Below, one piece after another: positions 41,616 through 49,247 of a DNA stretch of 64,000 nucleotides. The stretch's first letter is position 1; the number at the start of each line of letters is the position of its first letter. The translations under genes were made by a program, and so were the position numbers. The stretch spans positions 756 to 64,755 of the forward strand of contig JBCEBZ010000111.1 of NCBI GenBank assembly GCA_039206675.1, read 5' to 3'. A model generated the notes under the pieces. It worked only from the letters and a program-made list of their open reading frames with translations, had not been told where the DNA came from and did no database searches. Source of the stretch: Rhodococcus sp. (in: high G+C Gram-positive bacteria) (lineage in GTDB: Bacteria > Actinomycetota > Actinomycetes > Mycobacteriales > Mycobacteriaceae).

Positions 41616-42575
41616 TCAGGCCCACTCGTACGACATCTCGCCCGCGACCCCGAGGTGCTTGCACAGTTTGTGGATGCCCCCGAAATCCTGGACCAGCGCG
41701 GATCGGCGGGTGTCGTGTTCGGCGTCGTCGATCATCGCCTGACCGCCGTCCAAGTCCAGGATGTCGACGATGGTGCGCCAGGTCGAGTAGTCGTTGCTGC
41801 TGAATGCGGTCATCGCGTCGACGAGCCCGTCGAGGAAGAGCCGCCGGTCGCCGGGGTCGAGGGTGTCGTAGACGACGCCCGCGATGTCGTCGGCGATCGA
41901 GGCGTGACAGTACTCGTCGCGATTGTGCAGCCGGACCGTCGCCCGATTGACCGGCTGGATGGCGTCGTTCTCCGAGATCAGGTCGAGGTAGGAGCTGATC
42001 GAGATCTCCGCCACCGTCATGAAGGCGAACGTCGTGATCGCCCGCTGCCTCGGGTCGGCGGCGTCGGCCGTCGCCGCGCGTTGGCGGCGCAACGTCAGGA
42101 CGTCGGGAAGGGCGTTATTCGGCATCGCCCAACCGCGTTTGCGGCGCGTGACCGCGCTCGCGTTCAGGTGCATGAGGGTGTGGTACTGCTCGTCCACCAT
42201 CGCCTGGTGGACGGCCACCGCGAACGTGTCTCCGAGCCCGGTGTCCAGGGCGTCGTGCGCGACGAGGTCGAATCCGGGATTGACCACGTACTGCTCGATG
42301 TCCATCACGTTCTTGTTGAACGCGATCCAGGCCCACGCCCGCAGCTGGTTCCGTTGCTCCTCGCCCATGCGGAGGAACCGGTCGTGATCGGCGAACGGCA
42401 GCAACTCGTTCGGGTAGTCCTGCTTGCCGAGGTCGAACAGCGCGTCGAGGTCCGGTTCCGGCTTCTTCACGGTCGCCCGCTGCCCCCAGTTGCGGGCGAG
42501 CCGCGTCACGACGGCACTCTCCACCGGATCGGACGGGTCGTATTCCGGGAGCGAGGGAATGTTCTGGGTCGTCAT
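41616..42575 (-). CDS. AurF/CmlI-family diiron arylamine N-oxygenase
   Basis: 319 aa from the ATG at 42575 (GGAG 7-10 nt upstream; this ATG overlaps the papC stop as ATGA). The ligand pattern is E94, E129-x-x-H132 (DEQYH), E190, and H217-x3-E221-x2-H224 (HNRDEYCH). It mirrors AurF E101/E136/H139/E196/H223/E227/H230 with a constant 6-7 residue offset. The ORF-track N-terminal 155 aa is an Arg/Pro-rich out-of-frame overlap with papC. Confidence 0.85.
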   Translation of the reverse strand: MTTQNIPSLPEYDPSDPVESAVVTRLARNWGQRATVKKPEPDLDALFDLGKQDYPNELLPFADHDRFLRMGEEQRNQLRAWAWIAFNKNVMDIEQYVVNPGFDLVAHDALDTGLGDTFAVAVHQAMVDEQYHTLMHLNASAVTRRKRGWAMPNNALPDVLTLRRQRAATADAADPRQRAITTFAFMTVAEISISSYLDLISENDAIQPVNRATVRLHNRDEYCHASIADDIAGVVYDTLDPGDRRLFLDGLVDAMTAFSSNDYSTWRTIVDILDLDGGQAMIDDAEHDTRRSALVQDFGGIHKLCKHLGVAGEMSYEWA

Positions 42576-43492
42576 GACGCATCTCCGTTCCGCGGCTGTC
42601 GGTGAACGAGATCGGTGAAGAGGTCGGCGCACAGACGGGCGAGGGGTTCGTGCCGGTCGCCGAGAGGGGACGTCGCGCGGGACATGAGCGCGGCGAAATC
42701 GTCCTCCGAGCCGTGCTCGACGGTGTCGGCGAGAGTGGCGAGCGCGGCGGCGAGCGCGCGGCGGGCGTCGCCGGCGTAGGGATTGCCGGCCTGGATGTCC
42801 CGGTAGACCTCGGGGACGCCGCCGCCGACCCGTGCGAGGAGGGCGAGCGAGACGAGATGCGGAGGGGTGCCCACCGCGGTGAGTTCGGCGCCGTCGACAC
42901 CGAGTTCCGCGAGGGCGAGACCGAAGGCGAGGACGCCGGCGTGTGTCAGTGCCTGGGTCGCAGCCGTGAGCCGGTCGTGGTGTTCGGCGTCCAGGCGAAC
43001 CACCGAGGATCCCCAGCCGGACAGCGTCGAGAGGAACCATTCGACCCCGCCGCCGTCCCGGTAGGTCACGGCCGCGACGGGACGGCCCTCCGGTCCGAGG
43101 GACGGCGCGAACATCGGGTTGATGCCCACCGCGCCGCCCCGCAGTGCGCTCTCCCGCAGGGCCGCATCGAACCGGGACTTCACGGACAGCGTGTCGACCA
43201 GCAGTGCGTGGTCGCGCAACCCTGCGACGACGAACGGAATCGACTCCAGCGCGACGCTTTCCGGTATCGCCAGGATCACCACGTCGGCGGCCTGCACCAC
43301 CGCGCGCAGCTCCGGCGACGGGTCGGTGACGTCGCCCTTCATCTGATCGGCGTCGGACCGGTCGGTGAATCGGATGTCGATGGTGCGCACCGTGTTTCCG
43401 TCGGAGCGGAGCCGGGTGGCGAGCATCCGGCCGACATCGCCCGAACCGCCGATCAGTGCGACGGTCCGGGTGGACGCGGCCGGGACGTTCAC
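42572..43492 (-). CDS. papC: Prephenate-dehydrogenase-family enzyme (PapC-like 4-amino-4-deoxyprephenate dehydrogenase)
   Basis: 306 aa from the GTG at 43492, which overlaps the papA stop as GTGA. N-terminal Rossmann motif VALIGGSGDVG. TyrA-like INPMFAPSLG and DAEHHDRLTAATQALTHA. Its position in a papB-papA-papC operon supports the call. Confidence 0.8.
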   Translation of the reverse strand: MNVPAASTRTVALIGGSGDVGRMLATRLRSDGNTVRTIDIRFTDRSDADQMKGDVTDPSPELRAVVQAADVVILAIPESVALESIPFVVAGLRDHALLVDTLSVKSRFDAALRESALRGGAVGINPMFAPSLGPEGRPVAAVTYRDGGGVEWFLSTLSGWGSSVVRLDAEHHDRLTAATQALTHAGVLAFGLALAELGVDGAELTAVGTPPHLVSLALLARVGGGVPEVYRDIQAGNPYAGDARRALAAALATLADTVEHGSEDDFAALMSRATSPLGDRHEPLARLCADLFTDLVHRQPRNGDAS

Positions 43493-45561
43493 TGCCCGAT
43501 CTCGTTCGGCCGGTCGGCCGTCACCGACAGCGCCCGCAACATGGTGGCCGCCTTGACCATTGCCTCGTCGAACTCCTCCTCCGGGTCCGACAGCGCAGTG
43601 ATCGCACCGCCGATGCCGAACGTCACCTCGCTGTCGGTGGCGACGATCGTGCGGATGACGATGGACAGGTCGGCCGTCCCCGTGAGGGAGAAGTACCCGA
43701 TCGAACCGGAATACACCCCGCGCGGGCCGGACTCGAGCCGGTCGATGATCTCCATGGTCCGGATCTTCGGGGCGCCCGTCATCGATCCGCCGGGGAAGGC
43801 GGCACGGACGCACTCGACGACGGAGGCGTCGGCGCTGAGGGTTCCGCGCACGGTCGACACGAGTTGATGCACGGCGGCGTACGTTTCGACGTCGAACAGC
43901 TTCGGAACGTGCACCGAGCCGGGAACGCACACCCGGGCCAGATCGTTTCGCGTCAGATCGACGATCATCAGGTTCTCGGCGCGATCCTTTTCGCTGTCGA
44001 GCAGATCCTGCCGCAGCGCCGCATCCTTCGCGGGGGTGGCGCCGCGCGGACGGGTCCCCTTGATGGGTTTGGACTCCACCACCCGGTCCGCGCCGATCCT
44101 CAGGAACCGTTCGGGGGAGGCGCTGAGAACGGACAGCCCGGCGAACTGCAGGTACGCGCTGTACGGGGTGGGGCTGATGGAGCGCAGCAGTTCGAACGTG
44201 TGCAGGGGATCGATCGACTGGTCCACGGTCGCCATGTTGGTCAGGCACACCTCGTAGGACTCGCCGGTCCGGATCTCGCCGAGCGACGACGCGATGTGGT
44301 CGAGGTACTTGTCGTGGTCGTGGCGCAGAGCCAGTTCGGCGGATTCCGGCTTCCGGATCGGCGGCACCGCGGTCGGCGGCTGATCCGGTTCGGCCAGCCG
44401 GTGCAGCGCCGCCTCCATCTCGTCGAGCCAGCGGCGCAATTCCGGATCGTCCGGGTGGTCGCTCAGGCACAGCGCGTAGGTGCGCTCGTTCGAATGGTCG
44501 ATGACCACGGCGCGGTCCGCGAACACCAGTGCGGCGTCCGGGGTGGGCGACTTGTGTGCGGCCGCTCCGCCGGTTTCGGCCTTCAGTTCGTAGCCGAGGT
44601 AGCCCACGTAGCCGAGGCCGAACGGCACACCCGGCAGCCCGGGCACGGACCGTGCCTGCAGTTGCCGTTCGAGGTAGTCGAAGAACGGTGCGTGCACCTG
44701 TTCGACCGGCAATCCCTCGCGCGTGATCCGGACGATCGCTTCGCTGACGTCGTACGTGATGTACTCGGCGCGAGGACCGGAACAGTTGCCCATGATCGTG
44801 AAACGCGAAGTCGGCTCGGACGCCGACGTCCCGTCGAGCCAGAACGCGTTGGGACCGGACGCGAACAGATCCTCGAACGTGGTGCGGGGGTCGACCTCGT
44901 GGTCGACGCGCACCTGCTGGACCACGTACGGCGCGTGGGGGATCGGGATTCTGAGCAGGGAGCCGTGTGTGGGTGTCCCGGAATGCGTCTGCGTGAGGTC
45001 GCGGAAGTTCGCGAGCAGTTCGTGGCCGAAGGCGGTGCTGATCGATTCGGGGTGGAACTGGACGCCCCACAGCGGGCGAGTGCGGTGCCGCACGCCCATC
45101 AGGAGTCCGTCGGCCGTCCAGGCGGTGGCCTCGAGATCGTCGGGGAGATCCTCGACGATCAGCGAGTGGTAGCGGACCGTCGGGAACGGTGACGGAATGC
45201 CGGCGAAGAGTTCGGAACCGTCGTGGTCGACGAGGGACACGCGGCCGTGCATCGGTTCGGGCGCGAGCACCACCTTGCCCCCGAACAGCTGGCACAGCCC
45301 CTGGTGGCCGAGGCAGACGCCGAGCACGGGGAGTTCGGTCTCCCGGATGATGCGCGCACTGATCCCGAAGTCGCGTTTCCGGTCCGGCCTGCCGGGGCCG
45401 GGGGAGATGACGATGTTGTCGAAGTCGGACCAGGGGATCGAACCCCATTCCACATCGTTGTGCACGACCGTGGGCGGTTCGCCGTTCACCTCGGCGAGCA
45501 GGGTGAACAGGTTGTAGGTGAAGGAGTCGTAATTGTCGACCAGCAGCGTCCGGGTACTCAT
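43489..45561 (-). CDS. papA: Fused PabA-PabB-type 4-amino-4-deoxychorismate synthase (PapA-like)
   Basis: 690 aa from the ATG at 45561. The N-terminal class-I glutamine amidotransferase has LLVDNYDSFTYNL and the GVCLGHQ catalytic Cys. The C-terminal chorismate-binding domain has SPERFL, PIKGTRPRG and GSMTGAPK. Confidence 0.9.
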   Translation of the reverse strand: MSTRTLLVDNYDSFTYNLFTLLAEVNGEPPTVVHNDVEWGSIPWSDFDNIVISPGPGRPDRKRDFGISARIIRETELPVLGVCLGHQGLCQLFGGKVVLAPEPMHGRVSLVDHDGSELFAGIPSPFPTVRYHSLIVEDLPDDLEATAWTADGLLMGVRHRTRPLWGVQFHPESISTAFGHELLANFRDLTQTHSGTPTHGSLLRIPIPHAPYVVQQVRVDHEVDPRTTFEDLFASGPNAFWLDGTSASEPTSRFTIMGNCSGPRAEYITYDVSEAIVRITREGLPVEQVHAPFFDYLERQLQARSVPGLPGVPFGLGYVGYLGYELKAETGGAAAHKSPTPDAALVFADRAVVIDHSNERTYALCLSDHPDDPELRRWLDEMEAALHRLAEPDQPPTAVPPIRKPESAELALRHDHDKYLDHIASSLGEIRTGESYEVCLTNMATVDQSIDPLHTFELLRSISPTPYSAYLQFAGLSVLSASPERFLRIGADRVVESKPIKGTRPRGATPAKDAALRQDLLDSEKDRAENLMIVDLTRNDLARVCVPGSVHVPKLFDVETYAAVHQLVSTVRGTLSADASVVECVRAAFPGGSMTGAPKIRTMEIIDRLESGPRGVYSGSIGYFSLTGTADLSIVIRTIVATDSEVTFGIGGAITALSDPEEEFDEAMVKAATMLRALSVTADRPNEIGQ

Positions 45562-46025
45562 CACGACTCGACATTCGCAGACGGCACGGAACCGTGCCGA
45601 ACCTGGTGGTTGCCGGCGTGGCTGTGGCTGCCGTGGTGGTTGCCGTTGTGGCGAGGGCCCTCGTCGGCGGCCTCCGCGTTGATCACGAGGTCCTCGAGCC
45701 GGCACGTCTCGGCGATGAGGAGGTCGTAGAGCGAATCGAAGAACTCGGGGGAGAGGGAATGGCTGTCGGCGTACTGACGCGCCCGTTCGTGGACGATGTG
45801 GATCCGGCCCGGCTGCATCATGGCGATGTGCTCGCGCCGCTTCAGTTCACCGATCCGCAGGCACACTTCCAAACGCTGCCGGACCGTTTCGAGCAGGGTC
45901 GCGTCGACGGCGTCGAGTTCCGCGCGCAGACCCTCGAGTGCGTGCTGCGCCGAGGCGTCAGAATGCTCTCCGGAATCGTCGCCGTTCCGCTGTTCTACGG
46001 AGAAGTACATAGTCGCCCCACTCAC
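45561..46025 (-). CDS. papB: AroQ-type chorismate-mutase-like protein (PapB-like 4-amino-4-deoxychorismate mutase) with a His-rich C-terminal tail
   Basis: CM_2 signature LRAELDAVDATLLETVRQRLEVCLRIGELKR..............ERARQYA. The stop TGA shares one nt with the papA ATG (TGATG). The start is either the GTG at 46025 or the ATG at 46010 (MYFSV). The C-terminal ~38 aa contain 7 His. Confidence 0.75.
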   Translation of the reverse strand: MSGATMYFSVEQRNGDDSGEHSDASAQHALEGLRAELDAVDATLLETVRQRLEVCLRIGELKRREHIAMMQPGRIHIVHERARQYADSHSLSPEFFDSLYDLLIAETCRLEDLVINAEAADEGPRHNGNHHGSHSHAGNHQVRHGSVPSANVES

Positions 46026-46241
46026 TCGATCGGCAGTAGCTTTCTCATCCCGACTATCGTGTGTCGTTGGTGGTTCGTTTCCACGAGCCTTCCGGATGGC
46101 CGGGAGTGCCGTGGTCGATCGGCCGAAAAACGAACCAGGTGGGTTATCACCCCCGGAGTCTCGATCTCAGGTTGAGACTTTGGTGGACGGTTGGCTAACG
46201 TAACCTGAAGTCTATTTCCGCAAACTCAGGATACGAGGAAT

Positions 46242-47177
46242 ATGCGTATATCGTCGGCCACTAGGGCTCTGTTGTGTGCGCTGGCAGGCATCGTGATGCT
46301 GTGCAGTGCGGCACCGGCGGCAGCGGATCCCGTGGAAGCGGAACCCGCGCCCGTGGTCGATCCGTCCGCGCTGCCCGGGGCGAACGACTGGAGCTGTACG
46401 CCGTCCGCGGCGCATCCACGTCCCGTCGTGCTGGTGCACGGCACCTGGACCGGCATGGTGGGGACGTGGAAGGACCTCGCTCCGGCGCTGAGCGCGGAGG
46501 GCTACTGCGTCTTCGCCCTCAACTACGGGCAGGCCGCCGGTCTGACCAAGGGCAACATGATGCGCATGTTCGGCGGCGCCGACATCGAGGAGTCCGCTCG
46601 GCAGCTCGCCGGGTTCGTCGAGCTGGTCCGCACGGCCACAGGTGCTCCGCAGGTCGACATGATCGGGCATTCGCTCGGCGGCACGGTATCCCGCCAGTAC
46701 CTGCGATTCGAAGGTGGCGCCGACCGGGCGAATCCCGCGCTGAACAAGGTGCACTCGCTGGTCACGCTCGGCGCCACCAACCACGGCACCAGCTTCGGGG
46801 ACGTCCAGTCGCTCGGCGCGATCGCGCAGGCACTGGGTGTGCCGGTCACGACGCTCGCCGGTGTCGCGGTCGGGCCGTCGTACATCCAGCAGATGGTGGG
46901 CTCGCCCTTCCTGCAGCTCCTCAACGCGGCAGGCGACACCGATCCGGGCATCGACTACACGGTGGTCGCCAGTCGCAGCGACACCGTGTCGACCCCGCCG
47001 GAGAATACGTTCCTGACGGCCGGCCCGTGGGCGACCGTGCACAACATCTGGCTTCAGGACGGCTGCGACACCAACACCGCGGAACACGACCAGCTGACGA
47101 CCGACCCGCGGGCCGTGTACATCATCCAGCGGGCACTGGACCCCGCCTACGGAGACCGCAATCCCGCGCCGTGCTGA
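46242..47177 (+). CDS. Secreted alpha/beta-hydrolase lipase/esterase (lipase class 2-like)
   Basis: Signal peptide MRISSATRALLCALAGIVMLCSAAPAAA-DP. PVVLVHGTW oxyanion region. Nucleophile elbow GHSLGG. AGGAA-type RBS before the ATG. Confidence 0.7.
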   Translation: MRISSATRALLCALAGIVMLCSAAPAAADPVEAEPAPVVDPSALPGANDWSCTPSAAHPRPVVLVHGTWTGMVGTWKDLAPALSAEGYCVFALNYGQAAGLTKGNMMRMFGGADIEESARQLAGFVELVRTATGAPQVDMIGHSLGGTVSRQYLRFEGGADRANPALNKVHSLVTLGATNHGTSFGDVQSLGAIAQALGVPVTTLAGVAVGPSYIQQMVGSPFLQLLNAAGDTDPGIDYTVVASRSDTVSTPPENTFLTAGPWATVHNIWLQDGCDTNTAEHDQLTTDPRAVYIIQRALDPAYGDRNPAPC

Positions 47178-47204
47178 CCCGGCGCGGACGATCGGCGGCG
47201 CCGC

Positions 47205-47900
47205 TCAGTCCCAGATGCCGACCTCGTCGAGATGCGCGACCAGTCGCTGGGCGCCGTCGATGAAGTGGGCCTTGTTCTCGGCGCCGACCACGTCGGCCTT
47301 CCCGTCGGCGAGCGCGGCGATGAGGCGGCGGTGGCTCTCGACCGCGGCCTCGCCCCAGGCCGGATCGGACGAATAGAACTGCACCGGCGTGTACCGGGTG
47401 GCGCTGAGCAGGAACCACGACAGCTTGCTCGCGTCGGCGAGGTGATTGATGACACGGTGGAACGAGAACTCGAGATCCTCGATGCGGTCGGCCTCGCCGT
47501 CCGCGACGGCCCGCCGCAGCTTCTCGTTGATCGCGGTCAGCTCGTCCACGGCCTCCGGGGTGACGGACCTCGTTGCGCGGATCGCGAGTTCCTCCGCGAT
47601 CTGGCCCTGCAGCCAGAAGAGGTCGTGGATGTCGTCCCGGCTGAGCGGGGCGACCACGTACCCGCGGTGGGGAACCAGTTCGACGAGCCCCTCGCCGCGC
47701 AGGGTCAGGAGCGCCTCGCGGACGGGTGTGACGCTGACCCCGAGGTCCGCCGCCGTCTCGTCGAGGCGGATGAAGTCACCCGGGCGAACGCCCCCGGACA
47801 TGATCAGGTTGCGGACGTGCACGGCGACGTCGTCCGACAACTGGGGTCGGCGGCGCAGCGTGCGGCCCGCGGGGGATCGTGACACGGAGGGCGATGCCAT
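47205..47900 (-). CDS. GntR-family (FadR/VanR-subclass) transcriptional regulator
   Basis: 231 aa from the ATG at 47900 (GGAG upstream). N-terminal winged HTH (LSDDVAVHVRNLIMSGGVRPGDFIRLDETAADLGVSVTPVREALLTLRGEGLV) and an all-helical FCD-type C-terminal domain. The ORF-track 555-aa version is an out-of-frame run into the upstream gene. Confidence 0.85.
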   Translation of the reverse strand: MASPSVSRSPAGRTLRRRPQLSDDVAVHVRNLIMSGGVRPGDFIRLDETAADLGVSVTPVREALLTLRGEGLVELVPHRGYVVAPLSRDDIHDLFWLQGQIAEELAIRATRSVTPEAVDELTAINEKLRRAVADGEADRIEDLEFSFHRVINHLADASKLSWFLLSATRYTPVQFYSSDPAWGEAAVESHRRLIAALADGKADVVGAENKAHFIDGAQRLVAHLDEVGIWD

Positions 47901-47947
47901 GGAGAACTCCTTCGATGCGGCAAACCAGCATAAACCGCAGTGGATGC

Positions 47948-49090
47948 TTACAAGCCGTAGGTCTTGCCGATGATGTCTCGCTGAATCTCGTTGGTACCGC
48001 CGTAGATGCTCGAGACGATGGTGGAGCGGACGTGCTTCTCCATGTCGAACTCGGTGGCGTAGCCGTACCCGCCCATCATCTGCATGCCCTCGAGCGCGAC
48101 CTTCTTCGCCGTCTCCGTGACCTTCAGCTTGGCCATCGAGGCTTCGCGGGCCAGCATCTTGCCGGGGTTCGCGTCGACGTCCCTGGCGACGCTGTACACG
48201 AGCAGTTTGCAGCACTCGATCTCCGTCGCGAGATCGGCGATCCGGTGGCGCAGCGCCTGGAACGATCCGACGGGGCGCCCGAACTGCTTGCGCTGGGTGA
48301 CGAAATCGAGGGTGTCGGCGAACGCGCGCTGCGCGGTGCCGAGCATCATGGCGGCGAGGATCAGGCGCTCGAAGTTCAGTCCGGTCATCAGTTGGCGCCA
48401 GCCGTTGCCGACCTCGCCCACCACTGCGTCCTCGGGGAGGACGCAGTCGGTGAAGTAGAGATCGTTGACCTCCTTGCCGCCCATCGTGTCGATGCCGCTG
48501 ATCTTCAGTCCGGCGGTACCCGCGGGAACGTGGAACATCGTGAGGCCTTCGTGCTTGCCGTCGCCGCGCCCGGTGCGGGCCACGAGCAGGATGTTGTCGG
48601 CGAAGTGGGCGTTGGAGCACCACGTCTTCTGGCCGTTGATCACCCAGCCGTCGGCGGTCTTCTCCGCGCGGGTGCTGAGGTTGCCGACGTCGGAACCGGC
48701 CTCCGGCTCGGACATCGAGATGGACTGCGACCGGCCTGCCACGATGCCGCGTAGCACGACGTCCTTCTGCGCGTCGGTTCCGAACTTCGCGTAGGCGCCG
48801 CCCGTGATCAGGGTGGGCCCGATCCCGCCGATGGGTGCCATCCCCTTGGCGGCTTCCTCGAGCAGGATGCACATGTCGACGTGGCTCGCGGCGGAGCCGT
48901 CGTATTCCTCGGGGATGGTGATGCCCAGCCAGCCCAGCTTCGCCATCTTCTCGTAGAGGTCCTGATTGTGGTTGTGCTCGCCGTGATTCGTCAGCCTGTC
49001 CCGTTGCTCGCGGGTGCCGCTCTCGCGCTTGCAGAAATCGGCGATCGCCGCCGCGAAGTCCTTCTGTTCACTGGTGAATTCGACGCTCAT
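47948..49090 (-). CDS. Acyl-CoA dehydrogenase
   Basis: 380 aa with MSEPEAGSD, GQKTWCSN and a C-terminal GGYGYATEFDMEKHVRSTIVSSIYGGTNEIQ. GAGGAG RBS upstream of the ATG at 49090. Confidence 0.9.
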   Translation of the reverse strand: MSVEFTSEQKDFAAAIADFCKRESGTREQRDRLTNHGEHNHNQDLYEKMAKLGWLGITIPEEYDGSAASHVDMCILLEEAAKGMAPIGGIGPTLITGGAYAKFGTDAQKDVVLRGIVAGRSQSISMSEPEAGSDVGNLSTRAEKTADGWVINGQKTWCSNAHFADNILLVARTGRGDGKHEGLTMFHVPAGTAGLKISGIDTMGGKEVNDLYFTDCVLPEDAVVGEVGNGWRQLMTGLNFERLILAAMMLGTAQRAFADTLDFVTQRKQFGRPVGSFQALRHRIADLATEIECCKLLVYSVARDVDANPGKMLAREASMAKLKVTETAKKVALEGMQMMGGYGYATEFDMEKHVRSTIVSSIYGGTNEIQRDIIGKTYGL

Positions 49091-49201
49091 GTCCGGGGAA
49101 CTCCTCGTGGGTGATTCCGGCAGGCGAAGGGCCGGCCGGGGTGACTGTGTGGGGCTTGCCGCGATGGGGTGGGCCGCATACTGTGATGTCCACTACATTA
49201 C

Positions 49202-49227
49202 ATCACATCACATATATTTGATGTGAT
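49202..49227. promoter_or_regulatory. Perfect 9-bp inverted repeat ATCACATCA-N8-TGATGTGAT (candidate GntR operator overlapping a TATATT -10-like box)
   Basis: Arms at 49202-49210 and 49219-49227 with spacer CATATATT. A related GTGATGT lies at 49183-49189. This is the most AT-rich spot of the divergent acyl-CoA dehydrogenase / aldehyde dehydrogenase intergenic region (49091-49247). Confidence 0.5.
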
Positions 49228-49247
49228 CTCGAGGGAGGACATCGACC

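Noticed and set aside
41580-45192. Plus-strand ORFs 41580-42605, 42602-43867 and 43456-45192, antisense to the N-oxygenase/papC/papA genes.
   Set aside because: This is the same GC3 mirror-frame artefact. There are no family signatures, and the opposite strand carries clear catalytic motifs.
42572-45574. ORF-track composite ORFs on the minus strand (1,000 aa at 42572-45574, 738 aa at 43489-45705, 474 aa at 41616-43040, 555 aa at 47205-48872) and on the plus strand (835 aa at 49223-51730).
   Set aside because: Only the C-terminal part of each has a recognisable fold. The N-terminal extensions are out-of-frame read-through across the upstream gene (R/P/G-rich). Starts were moved to codons with RBS support and/or 1-4-nt coupling overlaps: 43492, 45561, 42575, 47900 and 50798.
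47175-47207. A weak inverted repeat (CGGCGC...GCGCCG) between the convergent lipase and GntR stops, considered as a terminator.
   Set aside because: It has only a 6-bp stem with a 12-nt loop in GC-rich DNA, which is not distinguishable from background.
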